Assembly: GCA_037447605.1 (NCBI GenBank)
Contig: CM074817.1
Span: 372,001 to 436,000 of the forward strand
Origin: Zygnema circumcarinatum SAG 698-1b
Taxonomy: Eukaryota; Plantae; Zygnematophyceae
Length of the DNA stretch: 64,000 bases
Direction of reading: 5' to 3'
The translations under genes were made by a program, and so were the position numbers. The notes below the pieces were generated by a model. That model was not told the origin of the DNA. It made no database searches and saw only the letters and a program-made list of their open reading frames with translations. Positions 24,228 to 34,649 of this stretch are shown here, one piece after another; within the stretch, counting starts at the first letter, position 1, and each line of letters begins with the position of its first letter.

Positions 24228-27200
24228 TCAGACACCTCTGGCTTGGTTCTCCTCTAGGTTCCACCCTCCCTCGCCGTCTGCCTTCAGCTTTAGGACCTGC
24301 TTGTGCCATTTTTGCAGTCTTGACTTATGCGAAATGCTTAGGGTTGCAATACCGAGGCGTTGAATGTGAGAATATATCTTGTCCTGCAAGGAAGCCAACA
24401 AGCAGCAGGTGAAACGAACAGCCGTCTTTCAATGCCTAGTTGATTCCCTCGTAAATGAGAGAAACGGTGCTTAAACCAAGCCAGGTTTGCATGCCAGTCA
24501 CCGTAATCTTCCCCACTCTACCAATGCAAGGGAACACAATCCTTGTGACTACGATACGTCTTAAGTTGCTCCAAAAATAAACTGACAATATTGTGTCCAA
24601 CCAAAAGCCGTCATTCGAAGGCAAGAAGGAGAGGAGCCACGCTGTGCAATATCAACCTTGCATATAACAATTCTGCTAAACCAGCGGCGTTTTTCAGAGT
24701 AAGCGTCATTCCTGACGAATTAAGAAAAGAAGACACTTCATCTCACCTCAAACTCTTCACTAATGGCGGAAGTGCTCTCATCCAGCACAGCGAGAATGGG
24801 AAGATGATGGAGGACACGTGTCAGCGACAGGGCCTGTCTCTCTCCAGGAGACAATTCATTGGCCCAATCTCGTGGAACCTGCATCGAGTAATCAAAAGCA
24901 TAACTAATCCATAACAGATCGCACCCCTCTGCCACTCATACACAGACTTCGTTGACATGGTAGTGTAGCGTCAGCTGCACTTACTTTTCCTAATTGCCTT
25001 AAAAGTGATAGCCTAAATACCATTCAGAGGAGAAGATAGATGCAAAGCAAAGAGAAGAGAGGTCGTTTCGAGTTACTACTTACCATCCAGTCGCCTCGAA
25101 CACGCTCTAACAGACTACATAGCCCCACAATCTCCAACAATGACTGAAATTTATTTCCTAGTTCATGCTTTCCTCTGGAATCTCCAGATAGGACAGATGG
25201 CGGCTGATCCGGATAGGTTATCTGTGCAGCAAGACCCCCCCGTGCAAGGAGGGGCTTCTGCGGAAGGTAGATAACTCCCTTGTGGCCAACCCTTTCTGGG
25301 CGGTGCACTGAACCTGAACATGTCAATAGACCACAGTCCTTCAAAATAGTGACTGAAAGACTATGGAGCTCCGGCAAAGTGGTGTGCCGGGTGGGAAAGG
25401 ACACTGCGGAAGGGAGAAGGGGTTCGGATGAAGGAGTGAGCAGGGGAGCCAGAAATACAAAGAGAGAGGGAGACTCACTCTACCTGATTGTAAAGGCCAC
25501 AGTCCACATATTGCGCGGGCCAAACTCGTCTTTCCCGCCCCACTCGGCCCCTCCAAAAGCAACCCTTCTCCGTGTTTAACCCTGGCGCTAAGATTCGTCA
25601 CAACAATCATCCCATTATTAAAAACACTACATGTGACCTTGTCCAATATTAAAGCAAAAAATTCATTCTCAATCTTCTCTTGCCCATCTCCTCTTACACA
25701 CATCGTCCCTCCCGTCTCTAATCCGTTTCCTTGTTCTCCCCCACCACCTCCATCTCCACAACGTGGCTCGCACTTCTTATCTTTCCGTCTCCCTTCTTTT
25801 CCTCTATTTCCCCACCACTCACTTTCCACTTCCTCATCAACCTTTCCATCTCCCGCCTTCCGCTCGTCCCCTCCCAACTCTCCTCTTTCCTCATGTCTCC
25901 TTTGCTCGACTGCACACCACTCGGCAGTAATGCTTCGCTCAGCCCCCCCTATGGCAGACCCTTCTCCCCTCTCTGCTGCAGCCATGGCTGCTTCAAGCTC
26001 TGCAAATGGGGCGCAAGTAAACAAGGAGGCGGGAAAAGCATGGGTCCCAAAAACAGGATGTTCTACAACAGGGCATGAACCCACCATCTGAACGGAATAG
26101 TTAAGAAGAACTTTTGCTCCAATCACTTCACTATACCTCACTCTGCATCGATCTATATGATTTTTTTGGCCACGGCCGTTTTCACCTTTTCTCTCTAATG
26201 TGCGTACTTTACTCAACCTCCCCACTGGCCTAGGTGGATTCTCAGGCAGGTCTCGGAATTTTTCATACAGCTGCCCTCCGTTCGGCGTTAGAGGAAACCC
26301 AGTTCTCGGATCAATTGCGTCTGCCCAATATCCGCGTCTTCTTAAAACCGTGCAAACGGTGTTTTCCCAACATAGAAAACGTTCCAGCATTTGATCCATC
26401 TCATAGAAAACATCGTCAGCCTGAACTTCCCCGGTTGCTTTTTTCAAATCTATTACTTGCCTGCTGGACTTCTCCCCGTTGTTCGCATTTTCTCCCCTTG
26501 CTTTCTCTCTATTCTCCTCTGCTTTCATCATCACAAACTGTTGTGTTCCAATCGCCACTGCTTTATACTGATCTTTATCGCCTTGTGCAGACGCAGGTGT
26601 TTGAATGTGGCATATATCAACAGCTCCACATTGAAACGTGGGTACAATTAGCATTTTTTTCAGATTGGCACCAGGGAACACCTCCGCCAAATGAGCTTGC
26701 ATTTCGTCTGGAACAGTATGAATTGAATATTCGATCTCTCCACCTTGAGGTAGAAGCCTCCTGATTGGCCCTTGAAGCATTCCCGAGCATGCCAAACCTT
26801 CCCGTTCCAATGAACGTGAATCTCCTCCTTCTCCAAATCCCGCCTCCAAATCGCTCACTTTTATCTGAACGTCGTCATTTTCTCTATTTCTCCCCTCATG
26901 CCCGCTGTTTTGGAGGAGTTTCTCGGTTGCTTCTCTATCACACCACCGTGAGCTAAATTTTTCACTCAACCATGTTCCATATATTCTCAATTGGTCGCTG
27001 CCTTTACAATTGAGGAGCGGAGAGAGGGATGTAAACGGAGAAATGAAAGGCTGTATTTCCTTGGCTTTTGCTGTGGGCTTATTCGGAACTGAATCGGAAG
27101 AGCTTGGAATAAGCCCCAAAAATTCGAATAACTCAGCAACTCTCGATGTATGTCCGGCGACATCCGATAAAATTTTAGACGCGTCAATAACTTGGGTGAA

Positions 27201-29409
27201 ACTGCAACCTCTCAAAAACAAAACATTAACGCGCCATTCCCATTTCAGAAAAGCTGACAGCTCGGAAGGAGTTCCCTAAATCCACAAGACGAAGCGAAAT
27301 TAATCAATGAAATTCTGAAACGAGAAGGTTCGCGCAACGAAATACGTCACGAAAGCGACTAGGTACTCTGACGAAAGTTCCGATCCTTCTATTCCAAGTG
27401 TAAACTTTCTTACTCGATGGACTCAGGCCTATTTCATATACATTTACATGAACTCATAAGAAGGCGGCTCACCTGTAGATGAGTTGTAGAATCGCGAAGG
27501 AGGAGTTGCTTATCAGCTGTGCAGTCGCTCCTTTATCTTCCGTCCCCCCAAAGGCTCCTCCAAAGACGGGAATAGAAAGGACCAAATAGTTCATCATGGA
27601 ACCTAAAGGCCTAAAACATTACACAAAAGTCCCCGTCATTCTCCAAATACAGCCAAAAGACTTGTAACAATAAGCTATGGCTATACATAGTGATATTGTA
27701 TTCATCGAACGGTAACCGTGCATTGAAGATCCTCTGAACAATCCAAATAGGCAATTCTGCAGGTTGTTTCTCGAGGATGTGGATCGAAAAGATATAACAC
27801 GAAAAAAAAAGCGACGCACCCATATAATCAAATAGCTTCGTGGCTGTGCTGAGAAGAAGGTGTCGGAGCATAAGCTGCTTCTGATTGGCAAGAACACGCG
27901 CCAGGTCAGCGTCTAGCTGGCAGCCCTCCAGAGTCGCACTCTTATACATGGCAATGCCTTCTGCATGCTCTCTCAACCTGCACATGGAAATCGGCACTCA
28001 AATAGTGCGAGGAAAGGCCGGGGAGAGGCAAAGACAAGAGGAGTACTATCTCAAGAAGCTTTGAATGACTAGAAAGTTCTCACCTAACATGAGACATTCG
28101 AAAATTTGCCTCAAGCATCTCTTGCTTTGCGACCAGACTAGCGATTGGTGATATAATCCAACGGTTGAGTGCAGCTCCAATAAAGAAGAAGGAGTATATC
28201 GCAAAGCAGGCTGACAGGCCCACATAGCTCCAAACTAAGGCGGTGTAGAAGACGATCATTAGAGGCACCGTCACGGTTCGCGACACAAATGTGCAAATTT
28301 GCAGGCAGAAATCTTGAATTTCCTGCGCATATGTGCCATTAGTGAAGGCCCACAAACGAAGCTGTCTCCTTAACCGCACAGGTTGTTGCTTTCATCGAGC
28401 AGGGCATCAAGGTGAACTTTCTTGTCTAAGTTCCGAAATATGTTTGCCAGTAGGAGACAGACAAGTACATTGTGAATGTGACCTTGGAAGACTCCGAGAA
28501 ATAGACACTAGACGGAAAGGCATTCTTCTAATCATGAGCCTATACGGCTGCTCTTTTGTTCCAAAGAGTAGGATGTCTCACTTGTGCAATCCGCTGATCA
28601 GGGTTGTCGATAGCTGCAGCTTGATTCTTGGTGGAAGAGGGGGAAAATCCATGGGAGAGCATGTAGAGAGGAGCTTCTTTGCAGTATGCCGTGTGGCACA
28701 ATCTGGTGAGACGCGTCCGCCATTGAAGGACTAGCCCTTCAACAACCCACTCGTGTGCTGCTGCACAAAGTGCTGTGGCCGTATACCAGACTGCCGCATC
28801 TCTAACTGCAATCCAGAACAGCTGCAAATAAAAACACATACATTCAAGGATACGCAATCAGAGAAAGGCAAGAATTGAAGTTTCACCTTGGAAAGAGTCG
28901 GAAACGATAGACGAGGGGCAGAGGTGAGAGGAAATCTGCAGCTTATATTGTTAATCCAAGTGTTACTTTATTTCGACAACAACAATTGACTTCTTGGAGT
29001 GGATATAAATTAAAGAATTGCTAAATATGCAAATGCCTGTAGTCGAATGCTGTGACCCAAACTACCAGCATTGGTCCTCCGAGCTCTGCTTTCCTGCAAT
29101 TTCTTCAGAATTCTTGAAACTAACGCAGATTGAAACAAACCAGTGAGGCCTTGAAGAGGACAACTTCGATTGGTGGAATATTTTCTGCAGCTACTTCATT
29201 TCTACCTTCCAACTATGTCTTCCGAGAGTTAACATTGAACTCACATCAATATCAGCATCAACAAGAGCGAGGTAGAAGGCGCCTGCCACGTGTCCCATCT
29301 TGGAGACAACCACCACGTTGACCGCTGACAGAATGACAAGTGGCAGCATCTTCTCGGCTCCCGCCAGCAGCAGCAGCCGCCCTAGCCGCCTTACAAACTT
29401 GGCGTCCAT
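24228..29409 (-). CDS. ABCD4: ABCD4-like half ABC transporter with an internal MMADHC (cblD)-like domain
   Basis: Nine exons: 29409-29245, 28821-28582, 28322-28084, 27977-27820, 27602-27473, 27201-25484, 25313-25084, 24878-24747, 24383-24228; all GT-AG and phase-consistent. ABCD motifs IDNPDQRIAQ, EANFRMSHVRLREHAEGIAMY (EAA), FDYMGSMMNYLVLSIPVFGG, SFTQVIDASKILSDVAGHTSRV, Walker A GPSGAGKT, YLPQKP, signature LSPGERQ, Walker B AVLDESTSA, H-loop SISH. Confidence 0.9.
25983..26741 (-). other. MMADHC: MMADHC/CblD-like domain within exon 6 of the ABCD gene
   Basis: IEYSIHTVPDEMQAHLAEVFPG..MLIVPTFQ..EMDQMLERFLCWENTVCTVLRRRGYWADAIDPRTG..YSEV..LLNYSVQMVGSCPVVEHPVFGTHAFPASLFTCAP parallels recalled human [86 protein letters not shown]. 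Confidence 0.88.
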
Positions 29410-29744
29410 GGCGGAGCTGTCTCTTTGTGTGCCGCCAGCCCAGCCATCCTCCTGTCTCTCTCCTCCTCCCATCCCTCCCTCCCTCCCTCCCTCTCCTCCC
29501 TCCCTCCCTCCCTCGCCTCTCTCACTCCCCTCTTGCGCGGTTCCAGTTCTGTCTCCCTCCCTGCTGTGGAGCAACAACGACCTTCAAAGGTTTAGGTGGA
29601 TCACTTGAAAGAACAGAAGACCCTCAGTGGACCCCACGCAGGTAAATCTCAAGTTGATCTTCGCGACTCGCTAGTTCCACATACTGTACGGCAGGCTCTT
29701 GATAAAGTTACAATACAGTACAGCCAACAGTCCTCATATTTTCG

Positions 29745-31020
29745 CGGCTTGTCCCCACTGCGCGTGTTGCATCCCCTGCTTTTTTGGGTAGCTGGGCTCT
29801 TGTTGCTCCAGTTTTAGCTTCGCGTTTCCTTGTGGATGATCGTCCGTTGCTTCAGTCTGTTGTTGCTCATGTTGATGATGGTCATCTTCCGTTCCAGGTT
29901 GCTTTGCGTGCTGCTCATGGTTTGCTCCCTCCTAGCGCTCAGGCTCGCGTCCCCCCTTTTGCTTCTTTAGCTATTGAATCAGTTTCACGTGTCCAGCCCA
30001 CTGTGACCGAGGAGGTTGTTGCCGCTGATTTTTCTACCCTTCTTGCGGCTCTCCCTTCCGATGTTGCACGTGCTCGGTTGCGATCTTGTGCTGGTCCTGG
30101 TGCAGGGGCGTGGTTGGCCGCTACCCCGATTTTTTCCACCCTTCGACTCTCTCCGAGCCAGTTTCAGCTTGCTGCGCGTCTTCGTCTTGGGCTCCCCCAC
30201 CCCCCTTTGCAGGGCTCTCCCCGTTGTGGTTGTGGTCGTTCGATTGATGCGCAAGGTGTGCACCTTCTTCGTTGTGTACGCGGTGGCGGGCGCATCTTGG
30301 CCCACAATGTGGTCCGTGACGCTATTGCCGCCGTGGCTCAGGAAGCGGGTTACCTTTTGCAGCGCGAGCCGTCCGATGTTATCCCACCTCGACAGACTAC
30401 GACAGGCGAGCGCGGCGTGCGTCCCGACCTTGCTCGTTTGGATGGGGCGCGGCGTATTTTTGGAGACGTTGTATTGGCTGATCCGACTCGTCGTGGCTTA
30501 TTATCCCGTTCTGCACACCACGAGGGCGTCGCTGCTCGAGACGCGGCCCTCCATAAAGATCGTGCATATGCTCACCGCGACTCGGCCGATGAGTTTGTTC
30601 CATTGGCGGTGGAGATTTTTGGCTGCCTCGATGCTCGGTTGGACGTTTTCCTTCGCCAGTGCGCCCATCGCTCCTTTGAGATGCACGGCCCCGGAAGCCC
30701 TCCCCCCGCGATCCTCGCGGCTTTTTATCGACAACGCATTTCTATCGCTTTGCAGCGTTGCCTTGCTTCCACCATCCTCCGGCGTGCAGCGGTTGTTGGT
30801 GCTCGTCCCGGTGGTCTCCCGCCCCTTCCTACGCGTGCTGCGCCACATCTTGGCGACCTTCGCGGCTGCTTCTAGTGCCGTGTTGTTGGGCCTAGGAGTA
30901 GACATCCGTTCAGAAGCTTTTTCTTTGACCTTTAGTCCTTTGTGACCGCTCCCTTTGGTTCCCGATGTTGATTTCCTTCCTGTAAGTTTGATGGCTTTGC
31001 CATCGTGAGTTCAATATATC
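29745..31020 (+). mobile_element. 5'-truncated CRE-clade-like non-LTR retrotransposon (post-RT region, zinc knuckle, restriction-like endonuclease, 3'UTR)
   Basis: Intronless ORF to 30875: PAFLGSWA, ARARLRSCAGPGAGAWLAATP, RLRLGLP, RCGCG..HLLRC (CCHC), HNVVRD, RPDL..GDV, K..Y, FVPLAVEIFG, RQRISIALQR. No RT core; no clear TSD. Confidence 0.82.
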
Positions 31021-31104
31021 ATTCCCCGGTCCATGGTTTTGGCAAATATGAGGCGGAAATATTGATTTTTGCAAATAGAAGGTTCGTGTTACCAATAGAC
31101 GGGC

Positions 31105-31525
31105 GGTATTGTTAGAGTTCATGTTAGAGTTCATATTAGACCGTACGTATCGTACCGCATCATATCGTACCGTGTCGTACCGTGTCGTTCAGTATCGTAT
31201 CGTATTGTTTCGTATCGGAGCCAAAAAAGGAGGAAAGACGAGCGAGCGCCTCTTACGGCGGCACGTGCGGGAAGATTCGGTGAGTTTTGCTGAAGCCCGT
31301 AACGGCTAGTACGGCTAGTACGGAAAGTACGAAAAGTACGGTTTCTAGGGTTTTTAGGGTTTTAGGGGTACGAATAGTACGGGTAGTACGGATAACACAG
31401 AGTTACCGTACAAAAAGGTGGTTTCGGCAAAATCGGGGCGAATTTCTTGGGGACGCACTGTACAGGGTGGAAAATATGAGGACTGCTGACTGTACAGTAC
31501 AGTACAGTACATCTAGCTGTACGGA
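31105..31525. repeat. GTAC-rich low-complexity repeat (CGTAC left half, GTACG right half) with TTTTAGGG-like units
   Basis: About 18 GTAC cores counted by eye; ttctagggtttttagggttttagggg at ~31343-31368. Confidence 0.7.
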
Positions 31526-31669
31526 CAAGCCAACTCTAACGACATGGCATCCCGCGATTTAAGGGGCCGACCAGTTGGCGCCAGCCGGACCGGACCGGCG
31601 GGCACCGTCGGTCCGGTCCGGTCCTTGCAGGTGTGCATGTGCATGCATGTGCTCACGTTCTTACATTGG

Positions 31670-31752
31670 TGGTGACCGGCGGGCTCCTCGTGGTTCCCCA
31701 TGCTGTTGTTTGTGTCCATGTACATTTGATGGCGTCGCCATCGTGAGATCGA
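31670..31752 (+). mobile_element. Second, more diverged CRE 3'-end relic
   Basis: gtgaccg..tggttcccc atg.tg...ccatgtacatttgatggcgtcgccatcgtgag matches the ends at ~11780-11812 and ~30980-31010. Confidence 0.6.
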
Positions 31753-32527
31753 TGCCACTTTACATTTCCATTACATGCATGCTTGTGTCGAGAAAACTGT
31801 TTGGCTCGAAACGTAATAACATTTGCGCATTTAACATTTTACACTTCTGTATGTTCAGAACGGATAAATTTCAGCCGCAGGATTGGCGCCGAGAAGCAAC
31901 AAGACATGCTTGCATGCATGGCATGTTCTACACACCAAATCGCATGTCAGAGCCATCAGCACCAACAAACAAAATAATTTAGATTATTTAAGTTGATAAT
32001 CGATTCCATGTAGCCCTGAAAAAGAGAGTGTTCTCGCCTCCGATACCCCTCCCAGGGACTCATTCATACACATGAAGGGAAATTTCTAGTTGTACAGAAT
32101 ATTGTATTATCCGGTATAGGATCACAACTTTATGTTCTGCTGAGACGCAGTTCCATATATGGCCAGACGCCGCTTATTGCTGAGCGACCCAGATCCGAAG
32201 TTGGAAGTCTATGAGCGGATGGGCTGAGATGTGCGCTTACACAGTGCCCAATTCACTCGTAGACTGCCAACCCAAGACTGGACCCCTCCAAGGACTGTAC
32301 AGGCGGCGCCTCTCTGCATAGACACCCTCCAATCGAGGCTGCCTGCTTGCTTGCTCTCTCTGTCTATCTAAACTCCAACGCAAAGACCGTCCAAAAAACA
32401 AAAGAATCTCGGCCGCCGAATACGAAGCAAGAACCCATTTCGGTTCCGATGTCGATCCGAATGTACAGAATGAATCACCGCGCAGCTTGTCACGCCGGTT
32501 TGGGTGCAGGACCACCTCTGCTCTTCT

Positions 32528-34649
32528 TCAAAATTGTGCCAAAATTTCGCTCGCCACAAGCTCATCCCACAGCGTGGGTGACGACGACGACGAGCCGTGG
32601 TTGACCCAGTCAAGAAAGTCAAGGGGAGTGCGAGGACTCGACCCCGTGTTAGGGCTGCCGAAGTCCTGCTTCGCCTCCGTCTTTGAAGATGGCTCGCATG
32701 CCTTCCTCAGAGACAGTTCCGCTAATAGACTCATCTCGAGGTCCAAGCCATGGCCGCCATTCTCAAGGAGCCCTGCTTGCGCCATAAAATTTGCCGTTTC
32801 TGAAGATGTGAAAGCCGGAATCGGGATTGCAGGCGCAAAGACTGGTGCCAGCATCTGCATGGCTTCCGCAGATAGCGAATGGTCTTGAGCAGTATCAAAG
32901 GTGAAAGGGTAGGTAGTAGGAGGCTGGAATGAGAGAGCGTAGGGGCTGGGAGGCGAGAGAGGAGCCATGGGAGGGAGAGGTGAAGGGAGGCTGGCTGTCG
33001 AAATGCCGAGAGCAGCCATCTCCATAGCTGCTTGCTGCGCTGCCAGGTGGCAGCCTGTGGTTGATGCCGGAAGGGCCGCCAAAAGGAGGTCGGGAAAGTG
33101 GTTGAGCAGCCATGGATGATGGAGGACTTGGGCTGCCGTGGGCCGTCGATTTGCGTCCAGGTCAAGCATCCAACGGATGAGATCGATCGCCTCCGAGGAC
33201 ACGCCTTTCCAGAGAGGATGTGAAAAGTCTATGTGCCCCACCTCGATAGCTTTCAGAGTTTCCATGTCCGTTTCTCCGCAAAACGGAGCGGACCCGCATA
33301 GAAGAATGTAAAGGATGACCCCCAACGACCAGACGTCCGCCGTGTGGCCGTAGCTTCCCCTCAAAACTTCAGGCGCTAAGTACAGAGGGGACCCTGCTAG
33401 CCCCTGAGCCGTCTGCTCAGGCCCCAAAAATAGAGCCAACCCAAAATCAGCTAATTTTACGTGGGGTTTGCAGCTGGGGCAAGCACAGCCGCGGCCGAAC
33501 ACTCTCTCGAACTCGCTTGAAGAGGAAAGGTTTCCCTCTTGACTCGTGAAGCAGCAGGGCTCCGCCTCCCCCCCCTTCCATTTCCTAGAAAGCAAAATGT
33601 TCTCCGGCTTCAAGTCGCGGTGCATCACTCCTTGGGCGTGGCAGAAGGAGATGACTTCTGCGAGCTGGCGGAAAATGTCAGCCGCTTGCGACTCAGTGAA
33701 GCGTCCCTTCTGGTTTATTAAATCGAATAGTTCTCCGCCTTCACATCTCTCCATGACCAAGTGAACGTGTGAGGCATCCTCAAAAATCGCCCTTAAATTC
33801 ACAACATTTTCGTGGGCCGAGACGCGCTGCATAATTGCAATTTCTCTTCGGATGTCCTCTTTCTCTTCCCTGGAGCGCAGAATAAGCACAAGCGTAAGGT
33901 CAGTTTAAACGTTTGATATGAAACGCAACGAATCTTTGTGAAAGAAAAGGAAAGAACAACTCTCAAAGTAAGCAAAAAAAGGAAAACCTTGTTAAAACCA
34001 AAAGGAAAGTTAAGAAAGAAAGTTGACTCATTTGTCTGCTCTCAGCTCACATAACAGACCGCCCTTCAAAACCTCCGCAAACTTCCTCCCCGTACTCTCC
34101 TCACCCACCTCCCATTCCCTCCCACCCTCCCTCTCCCTACTAGCTGCTGCTCCACTCTCCCTCCAGCCTACCCCCCTTCCCCCCACTTCTACACACCCCT
34201 CCCCCAACTCTCTCTCACCTTCCTGCCCTTACTCGCCCCTCTCCTTCCCTCCCCTCCCCTCCCTCCCTCCCTCCCTCTCCTCCCTCGCTTCCCCGCGGCG
34301 CGTGGCCTTACCAGGAGGCCATGCAGCGCTTGGCGAGGGACTTGCAGGCGAGGCGCGCCCCCGTGGCGCGGTCCGTGCAGGCACGCACCACACCGAAGTG
34401 CCCGCGCCCAATCTCTGCCTCCATGGCGTAGAACGCCGCCACAGACCCCGTCGGGCTCGGCAGGACGTCGCCGCCGCCGTAGCTCTCCGCCTCCGCCTTT
34501 CGCAGAGCGCTCCTCACAAGGTGCCGAGGGGCGAGCCCGCACTCGGGAGCAGCTCGCCGGGGGACACGTGGCGGAACTGGGCGCTTGCTGGCTCCTGCAC
34601 ACTCCATTGCTTCCACCTCCGCAGCCAACCTTTTGTGGGTGACCGGCAT
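32528..34649 (-). CDS. CDPK-superfamily Ser/Thr kinase without EF hands (PEPC-kinase-related, PEPKR-like)
   Basis: Exons 34649-34312 and 33869-32528. IGRGHFGVVRAC, ACKSL, HLVMERCEGGELFD, HRDLKPENILL, LADFGLA, GLAGSPLYLAPEVL, DVWSLGVILY, HPWL. Low-complexity tail with no EF-hand. Confidence 0.88.

Noticed and set aside
30016-30945. 309-aa overlapping ORF in the retroelement
   Set aside because: Alternative frame of the GC-rich retrotransposon ORF with no motifs
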